NCBI GenBank assembly: GCA_047495785.1
Contig: JBLDXI010000007.1
Span: 4,588,001-4,652,000 of the forward strand
Length of the DNA: 64,000 bases
Direction: 5' to 3'
Source of the DNA: Lepidodermella squamata
Taxonomy: Eukaryota > Animalia > Gastrotricha
Numbering within the stretch: position 1 is the first letter of the stretch; every line of letters begins with the position of its first letter. The notes beneath the pieces were generated by a model, which saw only the letters and a program-made list of their open reading frames with translations, was not told the DNA's origin and ran no database searches. Shown here piece by piece: positions 1-13,051 of the stretch. The position numbers and the translations under genes are program-made.

Positions 1-516
1 GGTCTCTCGTCTTCAGCCGTCCCTTAAACCCTCAGAGGTAAGGCTTGTATATATTTCCATCACATTTTTTACAGCTGAGGAGGACGAAAAATAAAACGTT
101 TTCATTTGTTCTAGCATAAAATCATGAAAATCCCTTCCGATTTTAAACATTCGCTATAAATTCGATAAAAATGAGATTTCTCATTTACGATTTATGAATG
201 ATAATTTTTTAAATTTATGCTGGCATTGCGGACGTCTAGAATTTTTGGGAGGCAATTGAAAGATTTGAAAATCGTTGAAATAAAGGCCCCATTGACCATA
301 ACGTGTAAACTCGTGTTAAACCGGCAGCGAATTTCTCGCGTCAACGCGGTATTTTCACGAAGAATCTCGGTTTTGAAATTGATAATTGATCAAGCTTTCA
401 TTCGCTCACTCCGCGTGTAAACCGGCATGATACACCCGAATGATACGTGTAAACACATTTATCGCCGAAAAACTGCAACGTGTATGCATGTAGTTGCCTG
501 GTAGCTAAAGGGTTAA
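1..516. mobile_element. Possible right end of a non-autonomous piggyBac-like element
   Basis: The segment ends ...GGTAGCTAAAGGG|TTAA (GGG ends at 512, TTAA at 513-516), the piggyBac terminus/target signature. The matching left end is not in the window. Confidence 0.25.
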
Positions 517-1108
517 TCGTAATTATGATCTTTGCTGGGTTGCCATTTTTGTGGATATTGTGCAATGCATTTCATAGTTGTTTTCAAACACATATTTATG
601 CTTTTATTGTCGTCCATTAGTTGAAATTTCTTAACCGAAGCCTTTTGTATGCAGCGTCTGACTGGTTCAAGCAACTAACAGCTAAGTCGTACTTAACAAT
701 CGATTATATTCAATATTCAAACAGCGGAGACTAATGGGCTGCTCGAGCAAAGTGAAGCGCGATTTCAATTGCCGATCTGCTGGCGGTAAATGACTGCTAT
801 TAGACTGCTATTGATTGTTAGTCGCCAACATGAACCCGAAGCCCAGCAGCCCCGATCGAAAGGCTTCGCCGTGGGCGGGTGCATTAACTGCGAGCGATTG
901 CATGCAATAGCTCAACGCGAGGTCATGCGTCAAACGTCAAAAGCCACTTTTAAGGTGCGAATCAACGCCATATAGGCAATAGCGTTGGAACAAAAGCCAG
1001 TTTTCTCGTCAGCCGCTTGTACGTGATGTTGCGAAAACGCTAAGCCCACATCTATTTGCCATAACCCGTCAAGGGGTGTGCACGTTTTCCAGAATCTTGT
1101 GTTTCAAG

Positions 1109-4100
1109 ATGAAGTCCTCGATATCTTTGGTAATTGTCTTCTTCTTTTCAAAAGGTTCATTTACCGGCTTCTGACAAACTGAAACACTTTTGATAACACT
1201 TTTTTCAGTTGGTGCACAGGCTGTGCCGAGTCCGGATAGCGCAACGTTGGCCCTGCCCAGTGGCGTGACACTGCTGTACCAACCGGCGCTGTCGTACGAC
1301 TTGGCGAATACAAATGTGAGCCAGAATGGCACGTGGACTTTGGACGGGGACGCGTTTCTTAACTCGGATGGATACCAGCTAACGACGACACTGGGCAGCT
1401 ACGACGGCAGGCTGTTTTCCGACCAGGTAGGCGCGCATCTCAATCCAAAAGTATCGAGTGAACAACCTTACGTCATACGTATATTCAAACAGACGATCGC
1501 TGCAACTACGAGTGTCAGCGTGTGGCGATTCGAGGTCGACATCACGTCCTACTTCAATGATTCGCCGAATTACTCCGGCTGGTTCGCTGTCGTTCTGTCT
1601 CGAGTTCAGGAAGTTCTATGTAAGCTTTCGGTTGCGCGGATCCGATTTGTTTTCCTTAGCTTTGAGGTCCGAATACTAATTCTAGAAGCATCCTTATCCG
1701 GTCAGGGAATCTGTTCTAATATATATCGCTCCTTTTGCCCTATAAAGTAACTGTTCCCCTTTTACACACCCATTCTCTGTTGAAAAGGCGATTTTTTGCC
1801 TCATGGCATTTTGCATTATCGCGGCGCGGGGCAGTATATTTATTATAAGAATGCGCTGGTCGATGCCGTATATTCTGCAGAATGAATTCATTATAAAAAG
1901 GCTTTATTGCAATAGTATAGAACGCTTTGCAGAGAATTATGCAATATATCCCCCAAAAAATCACTTTTTATGCAAGATAAATTCTTAGATTTTTGTAGTT
2001 TTCTTCTCGAAATTCGAAACTGTTACAATTGGTTGGATTTAATGCTCTCTTGGAATAATGAAACCATCAGTTACTGCCATCGTCAAGGTGTTTGAGATGG
2101 ACGTTAACTTCGAGAAAGTTAAATTGTAGGTGAATAACAATTTCCCATCACACCGGATCAAGTTCTCAGGAAATTCGGGAGGCAAATGTTACGCATACTA
2201 CACGTGAATGAAGCGTGGCCTTCTGAGATGCCCCGAATCGGTGAAAGACGTCGAAAACCGCAGTTGCGATGGACCCGTAGCTTTGGTTCCTCAAAATCCA
2301 GAACAAAACCAGGAGCAAGATCCCAACGCAACGAGCATCGAGATCTTGCGCACTGACAGCTCAAGATGTTGTTGCTGCTGTTGTGAACAACTTCTTCAAA
2401 ATTGCCAGAATCTTACTCGCCTGTCGAATATACGCATGCCTTGAAAAATGAATCGTTTCAAGTATTTCATTCTGCGGTTGAATACCTGAGTATAGGCTAT
2501 CAGTTATCCCCAATATCTCAATACAAGTTTTTGAAGTTTTCTTGAAGAGGCACCTGTCCAGTATCTGATATAATTCTGATTCACGACGCAGTTACATCAA
2601 AACCAAACGGATCCAACTGTGATTGACTGTGCGAGAAATATATTCAAGTTTGGAGCAGTCAAAAATTCAGTTTTTGCCAGGAAAGCCTGCATTGGCAAGG
2701 GAGTACGCTACAGAAGGCCTTTTTGCCGTGAAACACCCAGTGAAAACGACTTTCACAAGGAATTTTTGATTTTTTAGTTGACTTTCTGCAGAATACCGGG
2801 CTCCAACTGCAAGAAAGCCCGGTTTTTATGCAGAAAGTCTGAATTATTATGCAAGATAACCGCTGCCACATTGCTCATCATGCATAAAAAATGAAGCGCA
2901 CATGCGTTTTTATGCAAGATAACTTACTTAATGCTCGCATCTTATGCGAAATAGTAGACAACACGGGTAACGCTTCTGCCATACTTCTGCTGCCCGAGAA
3001 AAAAATTACGCAGCTCGCAAACATATGAATTACTACGGGGCTGCGCTCATACATGGGTTTTGAAAACGTTCCCTTATAGGGCAAAAGGAGCGATATTACA
3101 ATCGAAAAAAAAATTCGGCGCAAATATTTCGTTTTCAAAAAGGCACGAAGCCACTAACTCAGAACTACTAATACATAGTGACCAAATGACCAAATGAATG
3201 CGTTTTATTTTACGTCCTCCTTAAGGCATTAGTATGTGATGTTAAAGAATAGAAAAAAGCCTTACCCGTGATGGTGCAGGGGACGGTTGACGGCAGGTGA
3301 TCGGCTTCAGGGGCCGACAGATCGGTCACGAACCACGTGCTTTCGCCCTAATAGTATAATTTATAATTATATATTGAGTACTGCGACCAACAGATTAGAT
3401 AATATATCATTTCAGATTTGCTTATTCTTAACTGAAATTGATAGTTCGTTGTCTTCTTCACATTGAAGTTCAATTATTATTAGCTTAAAAATTAACCGCT
3501 GCTGTAAGGTGCAGTTAGCAGCGATATGGTATTATTCGACAAATGCGATTTGATAAATCAACGCATATAAACACAATATCGTAAATCACGTTCGAGAAAT
3601 ACTCGTTGATGCGTTGTCTCGTCATCATCTGTTGACTTCTCATCTTCCACATCAGCAACGGATGGTTGGGGCAATAATGGACGAATAAGCGGATTCACTG
3701 GCGCGATGTTTTTCATCCAACTGAACAGCACCGGTAAAATATTCGCCGTGTACCAGCCGGGTTTCAGTTCGACTCCAGTCGACTTGCCCGGCTCTCCCGT
3801 CGTTGCCACTTCGTCGGTCATGTGCGGCGATTCGACTTTTTTCTCATCAAGCCCGGAGACATACCGTTTTGTTGTCCAGTCCGTCAATGACTATGTTTCG
3901 GTGAGACATGCAGCACAAATCATTATTATTCAGCGCTTATTGATTTTGCCATCATATTTACGCAGGCATCAATTGTTCGTCTGCCGGGCTACGGCGCTTC
4001 GTCAGCTTCGAGCTGCTTCCGTAACATCAGCATGCCTGGGCTCGGCGCTATTTTGACCAGCGGAACGACACCTATTCACCTTCATGGTAGCCCCTTGCTT

Positions 4101-6096
4101 TTACCAGAAATGTAATTGAGACCATTTCAAAATTGATTCATTACCTTTGAAGGAATGTATGGCTTTATGGGCGATGCGCTGCTGCATAAATTCTACTTAT
4201 GGACAAACACGGCACTAACCACAACTACAGGTTCAGCAACAACAACAACAACAACCCCTTCGACTTCAACAGCTTCGACTTCTACTACCACGACAACGCC
4301 TACAACAACGACTGCATCAACTACCACATCGCCGTCTTCATCTTCAACAACCAGTTCGACCTCGACTGACAGTTCATCGGCGACTACAGAAGTTACGTCA
4401 ACACCTTCGTCGCCATCAACGACGTCGACAGCCACAAATGGCCCTGACTTATCTTCTCCGTCATCTTCCACATTGTCAGCGACGTCTATGCCAACGACAA
4501 CAACATCAGCTGGCACTCCGAGCTCGGCTGCGACCGATACTACATCGGATGTTGGTTCTTCAACATCGATTGGTTTGACCTCGACCGATGAACCGTCTAC
4601 AACCGGATCTGTTGCCGTTTCCTCGACCACTCCATATGACTCCACGACCCAGTCAACAATAATTGCAGCCACAGGTGAATCTTTTGATGGTAATAGGGTG
4701 AAGAATGAGAAATAATTACAGATTCAGCATCTACCCCTCAGACTTCGTCAGCCATGCGAAGCTTTGCGAACTCGACCAGCGTGCTGCCAAGCTCAACCAT
4801 TAGCGTTCTGCCGTCAACGCAGCTGCGAACTCTGCGCCAAACCCAACAGCAAACTAGCATCAACGAGGTCGACCCGATAACAAAGTTTCCGATCCCCGTG
4901 CTCATCGATGGCAAACTGACTCCGTCTATCTCGTGGCAGGACCTCGCTGCGTGCCCATTCGTCACGCCCGCCGTTCGGGCACCAGCGCCGGGCTCCCGCG
5001 TCTACGTCACCTTCGCCATCGAACGCCTCATTGGCGTAGAGGCGATGGCGCAGGAAATGTCGCTGTACGCCTCGCTCTACATTCAATGGCCGGTTTTCTA
5101 CTGCGCCGAGGACTACACGGCTCCGCATGTCGACGACACGGAGCGCATAGTCACCGCGAAGGAGGACCAGGTGTGGCGACCGACGCTGCTCTTCGCCAAT
5201 TCAACCGACGATTTCTACATGACGACGGCTACCTACGGCGAGAAGCTACAGGTAAATATTTCCTCAGTGACACAACCTATGGCAAGCCTTGACTGGTTAC
5301 ACAGATTGTTTACTACCCGACGAGGCCGAACCGCACGCTGTTTTTCCACTGGAACAAACTGGGCGCTTTCAACGCTCGATGCCCGCTGAACCTTCGCACT
5401 TTCCCGTTCGACTCGCAAACTTGCGACTTCACGTTCGTACTCGACGAATCACCCGCCTACGTCACATTCGCAGGGGTCTTCTTGTCGGGCCAGAATGCCG
5501 TTTCGAATGACGTGTGGGCGTTCGCGAGATCGACGAGCAGCTACGGAACCGTGCAATCGGCGACGCGGCGCAACAGCTCGGCGTCTTATGCCCGCTTTAC
5601 AATTGTATTCGCCCGCATTCCCACGCATTACCTGGTCAACTTGCTCGTGCCTTGCTACTTGCTGATCTCGCTCACGTTTGTCTCTTTCGCCATGCAGCCT
5701 CAAGTGCCGGACAGGTGAGCTCCTTGTTTTTAAAACCTAATTGTTATAGTTCAACATTGAGCTTTCAGACCAACCTTCAGCGGCACAGTGATGCTTGCTT
5801 TGATTGTCGCGCAATCGCAAGCCTTGGATAAGGTGCCCGAGTCGAGCCAGCAAATGCTATACGCCGACTACGTGCTGATGCTGACGGCCCTCACTGCGCT
5901 GGTCACCATCTACGAAATGGCCATGTGCGCCGTGACGATGGTGGACGAGGAAGCGTGGCAGGCGCGTGTCACAATTATGTTCGGTTGGCTCACGCATACG
6001 ATGCCGGCTGCTCGGGCGGTCGACACTGCTGCGGGCCTGATAGCTCTCGATTTCTTTTTAATCATCAATCTTTATGCAGCATCGATTGTACTTTGA
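1109..6096 (+). CDS. Cys-loop ligand-gated ion channel subunit with N-terminal putative L-type lectin-like domain and Ser/Thr mucin stalk (paralog 1, ~9 exons, ~850 aa)
   Basis: Phase-consistent splicing of exons 1109-1154 (signal MKSSISLVIVFFFSK), 1209-1426, 1493-1619, 3656-3900, 3966-~4087, ~4153-4674, ~4722-5251, ~5305-5714 and 5769-6096. Contains loop A QVWRPTLLFAN, Cys-loop CPLNLRTFPFDSQTC (C-x13-C), M1 YLVNLLVPCYLL, M2 DRPTFSGTVMLALIV with 9' Leu, then M3 and M4. Each exon is collinear with paralog 2. Confidence 0.85.
1723..3096. mobile_element. Non-autonomous DNA transposon (TIR element) inside intron 3 of LGIC paralog 1
   Basis: Perfect 23-bp inverted repeat ATATCGCTCCTTTTGCCCTATAA (1723-1745) / TTATAGGGCAAAAGGAGCGATAT (3074-3096). 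Internal motif TTATGCAAGATAA recurs. No transposase ORF. Confidence 0.75.
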
Positions 6097-7293
6097 CACG
6101 CTGAGATTTTCTTTTTATTGTTGATGCTTTCAGGACATTTATAACACATTTGATTGATATCTACCTATTGACGATTCTCATGACACGGTGATGTAAATAA
6201 CGCCTAAATAATTATTACTACTTTCGTGGATGTACCTTTTCACAGCTGTCCGTTAATTTTCAGTCGAAAACGCATAGCAATTTAGGTGAATTTGGGACGA
6301 GTGGGAATAAAAAAAAAGAATAGCCGGTGATCAAGTTTTAACCCAAAACAGCAATTGTGTGGACGAACCAATTTAAAAGTCTGAAGTTATGAGTTTCTCA
6401 CTCTTCAGTGGTGATTGGTTAAGTATTTTGATTTGGCTAAATTGAATGGCAGGGCACCATCAAGACTCAAGACTTGCCAGTCAACTTTTTGCTTATTTCT
6501 ACGTTTCCTTCTGCTTCATCATTTTTCAGACCAAAATCATTTCCGACGCCTGAGGACAGTTTGTACTCTCGATTTTCTCCATCATTGAGTTGACAAAAAT
6601 CGCACTCGACCTCTGCGTAACTTAAACAGATGGGCATTGACGTGGCGGGTTGTCGATTGAAATGCAGATTCCACTCAGCAAAATAATGAATACTTAATGT
6701 TGTCGGAGAATAAAGTCGAGGAAAACTGGGTGAAAAGTAGAGTTTAATAAAATTTCGCGAAAACGTTTAAAAATGCATGCAGCCGTCATCGTTGATCTGT
6801 TATTAATATAGCACATTTTGATCACCGCGGAGTCGCACCATTCTTGCAATTAGAACAGTTCCGTTTTGCGCAGTGTAGTAAGTAAGGCGGCCTTATTTAC
6901 GACATGAAATCTGTCTGTGAATATTTCAATTATGGCAGCTTGAAATCGCAGGAAACTACATTTCTTTAGTTCATGAGAGGTAACCATACTAACTCGCTAG
7001 TACGTCGCGCTTAATACCTAGAAAGTAAATTAGGGTTTGGAAAATGTTCAAAAAGGGCCTTTTACTAAAATGTCGCTGTATTTTATTTCTATTGTATTTT
7101 TATTTTTATTCGATTGCCGAGAGGAGGCGTCGAGTCGTATCGCTTGTCCATTAGGCGCGTTTCAGCATACAGCAGCCGAAAACACCTCTAACCTCTAAAT
7201 AATTCACTTGGTTTCACTATGTTGCTAGCAATGAAATACAACTGTGGCGCTGTACAAACGGAGAACAAGGAGAACAGCGAGGAGAGGCCAGCA

Positions 7294-10257
7294 ATGTCGA
7301 AAATGAAGCTGCAATGGGAGGTAACAGTCCTCATGTTAAACTGCTTTGTTGGAACAGGTGACTTTGCAGCATCGTTGAACATCGTTCAATACCTTACGTT
7401 TCTTTTTGCCGCATAGGCGCAGCTTCCATTATTCCTGAACCTGATACGGCCTCACTGGCCCTGCCGTACCCGTTCGGAACAGCCTACCAGGCTCACATGT
7501 CGTTCGACTATACGAACGCTAGCGTTGCGGCGAATTCGTCATACCTGATGTTTCAGACAACATCAATTGTTAACAGTGGTATTCAACTCGGCAACGCGTC
7601 GATCAACGACTACAGCCGAATCTCCAGTGACAAGGTATAATTACGTTGTAAGTGAGCGTGAGGACTGATCTGTTGTTACGAATATCCAACTTAGTATCTG
7701 ACGCCTGCGATATCTTCGCACTGGCGCATCGAAATCGACATGACAGTAACGCTGCTCGCCAGTAACGCCTCTTTCTGGTACGGATTTGTTGTTAGCCTGC
7801 CTTCACCTAATTACAGTAAGTCATCCTGCAACTTCTGTCAAATTCAAACAATGCGCATGTCACTTTCTGACAAGTCGCCAGCTCCACCGTTGTAGACTCT
7901 ATCGTGAACCTACGAGGCGTGACTGTGTGGCAGGAAATGGGCACAGGTGGCCGTTTATACCTGCAGTACGAGCCCGTGGAGATCATGACGGCATGCGTGG
8001 CTCCCTGCGTGCCAGACGCGACTTCTACGCCGGTTTGCGGCAACAGCGTCCTGCTTGCAGCAACTGGCCAGACACGGATGCGATACATCGCTCAGATGTA
8101 CAACGACCTACTCACAGTGAGTCGAAATGACGCGAACAAAAAAGAGGTGAATCCATAATGTTTTGTTCAGGTTGCGATTACACCACTCCCGATAACGGGC
8201 GGATCGTCAATCTGCTTCTCTGACTTTGCTGTACCCTCACTGGGCGCCATGTCATCGAATGGCACGACGAAGCTGCGCATGATGGTGATGCTGCCGTTTA
8301 ACAAGGGCCAGTTGGTTGTCCACAAGATGTACGCATGGGGGCTGTATCAAAATGACACGACGTCGACCACAACTCAGTCTACATCGACCAGTTCTCCAAC
8401 TGCTACAACATCGACGTCAACGTCAACCTCTTCCTCAACTACCACACCAACAACCACTTCGACAGCAACAACTACGACAACCGCAACTTCGACTACTACA
8501 ACAACTACTACCACTACTACTAGTACGACAGCATCAACGACCTCGTCAAGCCCTTCAACAACGTCAACCAGTTCGACTGCTGCTACCACCACCCCCAATC
8601 CTACCAGTAGTAGTACAAGTAGCAGCACTAGTAGTGGATCATCTACTCCTACGACGATAAGCATCAGCGCCGCGGCGAGCACTAGCAGCAGCAGCAGCAG
8701 AACTCCCTCTACCACAGCAAACACACCGACTACAACCTTAGCATCAAGTTCTGGGTCGACTGTTACACCTGTATCATCTGCGAGGAGTTCAACGGCCACA
8801 AGCAGCTCATTTGCAAGCAGCTCAACTGTCTCAACTTCGGGTACTTCGGTATCAAACCAGCCAACAACATCACCTTATGTTGAAACTACAACATTTCTCC
8901 CATCCTCAACTATGCAGAGCTCGGCTGTATCATCGGCAACCCAATCAACTCTTCCGACTAGCATGCTAACGAGCCAAGTAACACTTTCAGTGAAAAATGG
9001 CTTGACTGCAGCGACTTCAGTATCGATCAGTTCAGCGTGGTCAACTACGCCACAGAAACTGTCAACGACTCTTTCACCGTTGCTTGACGTTGAGACGGAT
9101 TCGCAAAGTGGTTTCCCTATTCCGAATCTCATAGATGGCAATGTCATCCCTATTATCCGCGTTAAAGACCTGCAAATGTGTCCATTTATTGACCCGAAAA
9201 TCAGGTAAGCGGCGACACAAAAATCGATAGCCTTCATTGCGTGCTTTACTTTTCATCTTAAAGGTCTCCAGAGTTCGACTCGGTGATATTTCTGACGCTG
9301 ACTGTGGACAGACTCAACTTCATCAACACAATGACGCGACAAATCTCGTTGCTAGGCACGCTGAAAGCTCAGTGGCGTGTTGGAACGTGCCCAAGTGACA
9401 ACACAGGCTCGTCTGCGGAGGACCGCGAGCGAATCTACATCGCGAAACGCTCCGACGTGTGGACACCTGCGATTCGCTTCGCCAATGCCACTTCGGACCT
9501 GTTCATGGCCGGCACCGGGTATACGGATGACATCGAAGTTGTGTACTACCCAACTCAGCCGAACAGAACTCTGTTCTTCCACTGGTCGCGCTTCGGCTCT
9601 TTCTCGTCGAAGTGCAACTTGAATTTGCGGCGGTTCCCTTTCGACAACCAGCTGTGCGAATTCACGTTCCTCATCGACGAAAGTCCCGAATATGTGCGAT
9701 TTGGCGGCATGTTCCTCGACGGCCAGAATGCCACGTCATCGAATGTGTGGGTGCTCAAGTGGTCGAACTGGAGTTACGGCGCGATACAATCACCGAAAAG
9801 GCGCTACGGATTGGCGACATTCGCGAAATTCCAGCTCGGCTACGTGCGAGATCCCATGTTCTACGTTGTCAGCCAACTTGCCCCGAGTTACATTCTGCTA
9901 GCGCTGGTTTTCGCGTCCTTCATCATCGAGCCTCGAGTCGTCGATCGATCGCTGTTTTGTGGCACTTTGATCTTGGCGATGATTGTAGCCGAGTCTGCGG
10001 CTATTCAGGCGGTGCCGGAGACTTCGCAGCGCATTCTCTACGTTGAATACATCCTGATGCTGACCGGGCTATCCGCAGGCGTGGCCATGTACCACATGGT
10101 TGCGTTCGTGATTTCTCGCAGATACCCGAAGCTGAAGCGGATGAAAATTACCGAGCATGCCATCTCGGTTATTCGATGCCTGGATGTAGCCGTTTTTCTC
10201 GTCGCTTTCATGGCATTTCTTGGTATCAACGTTTACGCAATTGGAGTTGCTTTCTAG
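7294..10257 (+). CDS. Cys-loop ligand-gated ion channel subunit with N-terminal putative lectin-like domain and mucin stalk (paralog 2)
   Basis: Signal exon MSKMKLQWEVTVLMLNCFVGT. The N-terminal exons (IPEPDTASLALP..., WRIEIDMTV..., GRLYLQYEP...VCGNS) align with paralog 1. A >200-aa S/T tract follows, then VWTPAIRFAN, Cys-loop CNLNLRRFPFDNQLC and four TM helices (ORF 9283-10257). Confidence 0.88.
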
Positions 10258-11499
10258 AGCAATCGCCACTTTGATTGATATCAACTGCAAATGCTGTATT
10301 TATAAAATAGAGGAAATAAAAGCAACCATTCGCTGTTCTAATTTTGTAGTTATTCAGTGCAAAATTAGAACGAAGTATACTCAATTATCAGCGGTACCTA
10401 TGAATGACCGAAAACCAAATCATTCACGCAGAATAACCAAAGAGTATTGTCACCATTCCGTAAAGCGTTAAGAAGGGAAAAAGCAGCAGTAGCGAAATTA
10501 TACGACGGCATATCGTTAGCGACGCGCCAAAACAACCAGTTTGATGATTCATTCGATCGTTGTTCAAGGAGCCTAGCGTAATGATGAAGTACGTTCGGCT
10601 GTTTTGAGCACTGATAGTACTGGTCGTAATATGCATTTACGTTCAATGGCCGAACGTACTTTCCAGGAAAAATCTATAAATAGATCTATATAAATAGTAA
10701 AGTCGTTGTTCTGGCGCGTCGCTAACGATATCTTACGGCTTACGGGTATTGCTTGGGATATATCTGCAAGAACCCTTGCCATATAGAATAGCGTGAATGC
10801 GGCGTATCTGCAGTTGAAGTTCGACAATTGCTCGATTTCGCTATCGGTCATAAGTAGCTGGTTGTTTCTTTCGATTGAACTACGGCGAATGCCTAAAGCG
10901 GCATCGTGCTCAATCAGTTGACTTTAGCGCCTGATCAGCCAGGTTAAGCTTTTACAATGAGAATAAGACGTTTCGAAATGAGCTTGTTTGTGATTTTGGC
11001 TCGAAATTGGCTGGTTATAAGGTCACGCGTGATATAATGCGAAACTTGATAGATGTTTTTCAAGCGAGTTCGTTTGAATAGAAAACAAAGAACACCAGGT
11101 TTAGCGAGATAGTAGGCATGCGAAGCTGGAGAACCCTTGCAATCCAGGCCAGCGCTTTCCATTATCAATTTGTTCTCTCACCTGTTCCACTCGCCCCCGC
11201 CGACGTCGCAAGCTGAAATTGCATGATCACCCGCTCAACAGACATGCTTTTACATATATATGATGCAAAGAATGGCGTCGGGGTTGGTGGTGAAGTGCAA
11301 CTTTCATTAGCAGTGCGCGATCAAGAGCCTCCTCTATATCCATAAGACCATCGAGACTAAAAAATGTAGCAACGATTTTCCGTATCTCGTATCTCATGAG
11401 CAATACTCTATCTATAACTATATACCTACTAGGTTCTGATGTCCACTTGAAGGGTTCAAAATTTATTTTATTAGTAACTTTAACGCTATTTAATAGGAC

Positions 11500-12567
11500 C
11501 TAATTCAAGCAAAACGGAGCTTTGTCACTAGTGGCCACGTAGAAAACCCCCTGGTTGTCCGATTCAACGGACCTGTAGCCGAGCAGTTGGCCGTCTTTTG
11601 CCGTGTCGCATTGCCGGCAATGGCCCTTGTTGAAATGCTCCTGAGACGGACAGCGACACGCCTTGAAGTTGCAATCCGGTCTTTTGACTATCGTTTCCGC
11701 AAACAGAAACGCGCCTCTGTAGTGCGAACAGCCAAGAAACGTGAACACGTCGTCGAGACCAGCGTAAGGCACAGCTGGTGCCACCTGCTCAATGAGCGCC
11801 TCCTGGTCGGCATTGCGCTTTTTGCGCTTCGTCACACAGCCAGGCTGCACGAATGCGTTGTTGACGTAGAAGTCCTTGTGGCCGAAAGCTTGCCGCACGC
11901 TGACCCACGACGCGTGAAGCACGTCCACCATCAGCCCGTCCGACTTGTCCACCCTCGCGACGGGGTCGTCCTTGAAAAACGCAGGCCCGGCTGGGTCAAT
12001 GGCAGACAGCCGACCCCACGGTGTTCCGAGGCGCTTCGCAATCATGCCGCAGATGTGGGCTCCCAGCGAGAAGCCGACGCAGTGAACTTTGCTCGAGTCG
12101 AATTTCGGGCTCGTCTTCAGCCAATTGGCGACCATGGCACCGACGACGCGGACATTACTTGCCGGCTGGTGGTATAGGTTGAGGCCTTTGCCGAGCTCCG
12201 CGCCGGCTCCCCAGTCCAAGAACAGTACTTCTTGGTCTGGATTCGCAATCAGCAGGTTCGTCTTGATTTTGTTGCCCCACATCGACTCGCCAGCGGCTGT
12301 GTTGTTGTAGTTGCCCGTGAAGCCGTGTGACATGACGAACAGTTTGTCCAGCTTCAGCTCGTCCGGGCTCTGAATCTGGTCGTAGCCGCCCTCCTTCTTC
12401 AGGCGCAGGTACTGGATTGGGATGGTCTTGGGATCTGCCGGGAAAGGCATGTCGTCGAAGGGCGGGTCTTTCGTGAAACAGCCGACGTCATCGTAGCAGA
12501 CCTGGCTCGACTCGGCACACGCCTCAGCTGCCAACAGCACTATTAGGCAATACTTGAAATAGCCCAT
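11500..12567 (-). CDS. Secreted pancreatic-lipase-family lipase/phospholipase A1 (catalytic domain only), copy 1
   Basis: Signal peptide, CYDDVGCF, HGF oxyanion motif, VHCVGFSLGAH nucleophile elbow, IDPAGP (Asp), CSH (His). Intronless 355 aa, no C-terminal PLAT domain. Confidence 0.95.
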   Translation of the reverse strand: MGYFKYCLIVLLAAEACAESSQVCYDDVGCFTKDPPFDDMPFPADPKTIPIQYLRLKKEGGYDQIQSPDELKLDKLFVMSHGFTGNYNNTAAGESMWGNKIKTNLLIANPDQEVLFLDWGAGAELGKGLNLYHQPASNVRVVGAMVANWLKTSPKFDSSKVHCVGFSLGAHICGMIAKRLGTPWGRLSAIDPAGPAFFKDDPVARVDKSDGLMVDVLHASWVSVRQAFGHKDFYVNNAFVQPGCVTKRKKRNADQEALIEQVAPAVPYAGLDDVFTFLGCSHYRGAFLFAETIVKRPDCNFKACRCPSQEHFNKGHCRQCDTAKDGQLLGYRSVESDNQGVFYVATSDKAPFCLN

Positions 12568-13051
12568 TCCAAGAAATTATCATCCAAAAAATGTCTCGAT
12601 TGTTTTTAGAAGTTTACGTATAAACCCAGGTATTCTGTGTTTCCGCTCAGTCGAAGTGGGTCGAATATGCTAAAGTGTCGCTGTTAATTAGGCGACTCAT
12701 CATCATGGCACGCCCGTCGGCGGCGGCAGCAGATTGCCCTCAGATAAGAATAACGCTCTGTTTTTTGTCGCGCCTTGGCATGCGAGTGCGGACAGTAGCA
12801 GCTTATCTCGCTACCGGCTGCCTCCAAGAATCGAAACAAATTTGCTAAATAACGGACGCGGTACCGTCAAAGTGCCGATAAGAACGGCAGACAACGACGG
12901 GATAACTGGAGCAGCGGTGGGTTGTGAGAGCAAAGTGCGGGCGTGAGAATCGCCGCCAAAGCCACAGCTGATATCTTGTTTGAAAAAATCCACCTTAATG
13001 ACTATTAACTTGAATTGCCTAAACTTTCAATGGGAAAATGGCTAAAAGAAG

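Noticed and set aside
1190-1750. Standalone bacterial-like lectin gene (horizontal transfer or contamination)
   Set aside because: It has spliceosomal introns at the same positions as the paralog at 7.3-8.3 kb and splices in frame into the channel gene. Ancient horizontal origin of the domain cannot be assessed without a search.
2060-2460. Possible transposase remnant inside the intronic TIR element
   Set aside because: No recognisable DDE or DNA-binding motif in the frames examined.
4193-8799. Val-rich minus-strand ORFs (4193-4672, 8374-8799)
   Set aside because: They are antisense shadows of the Thr/Ser stalk codons.
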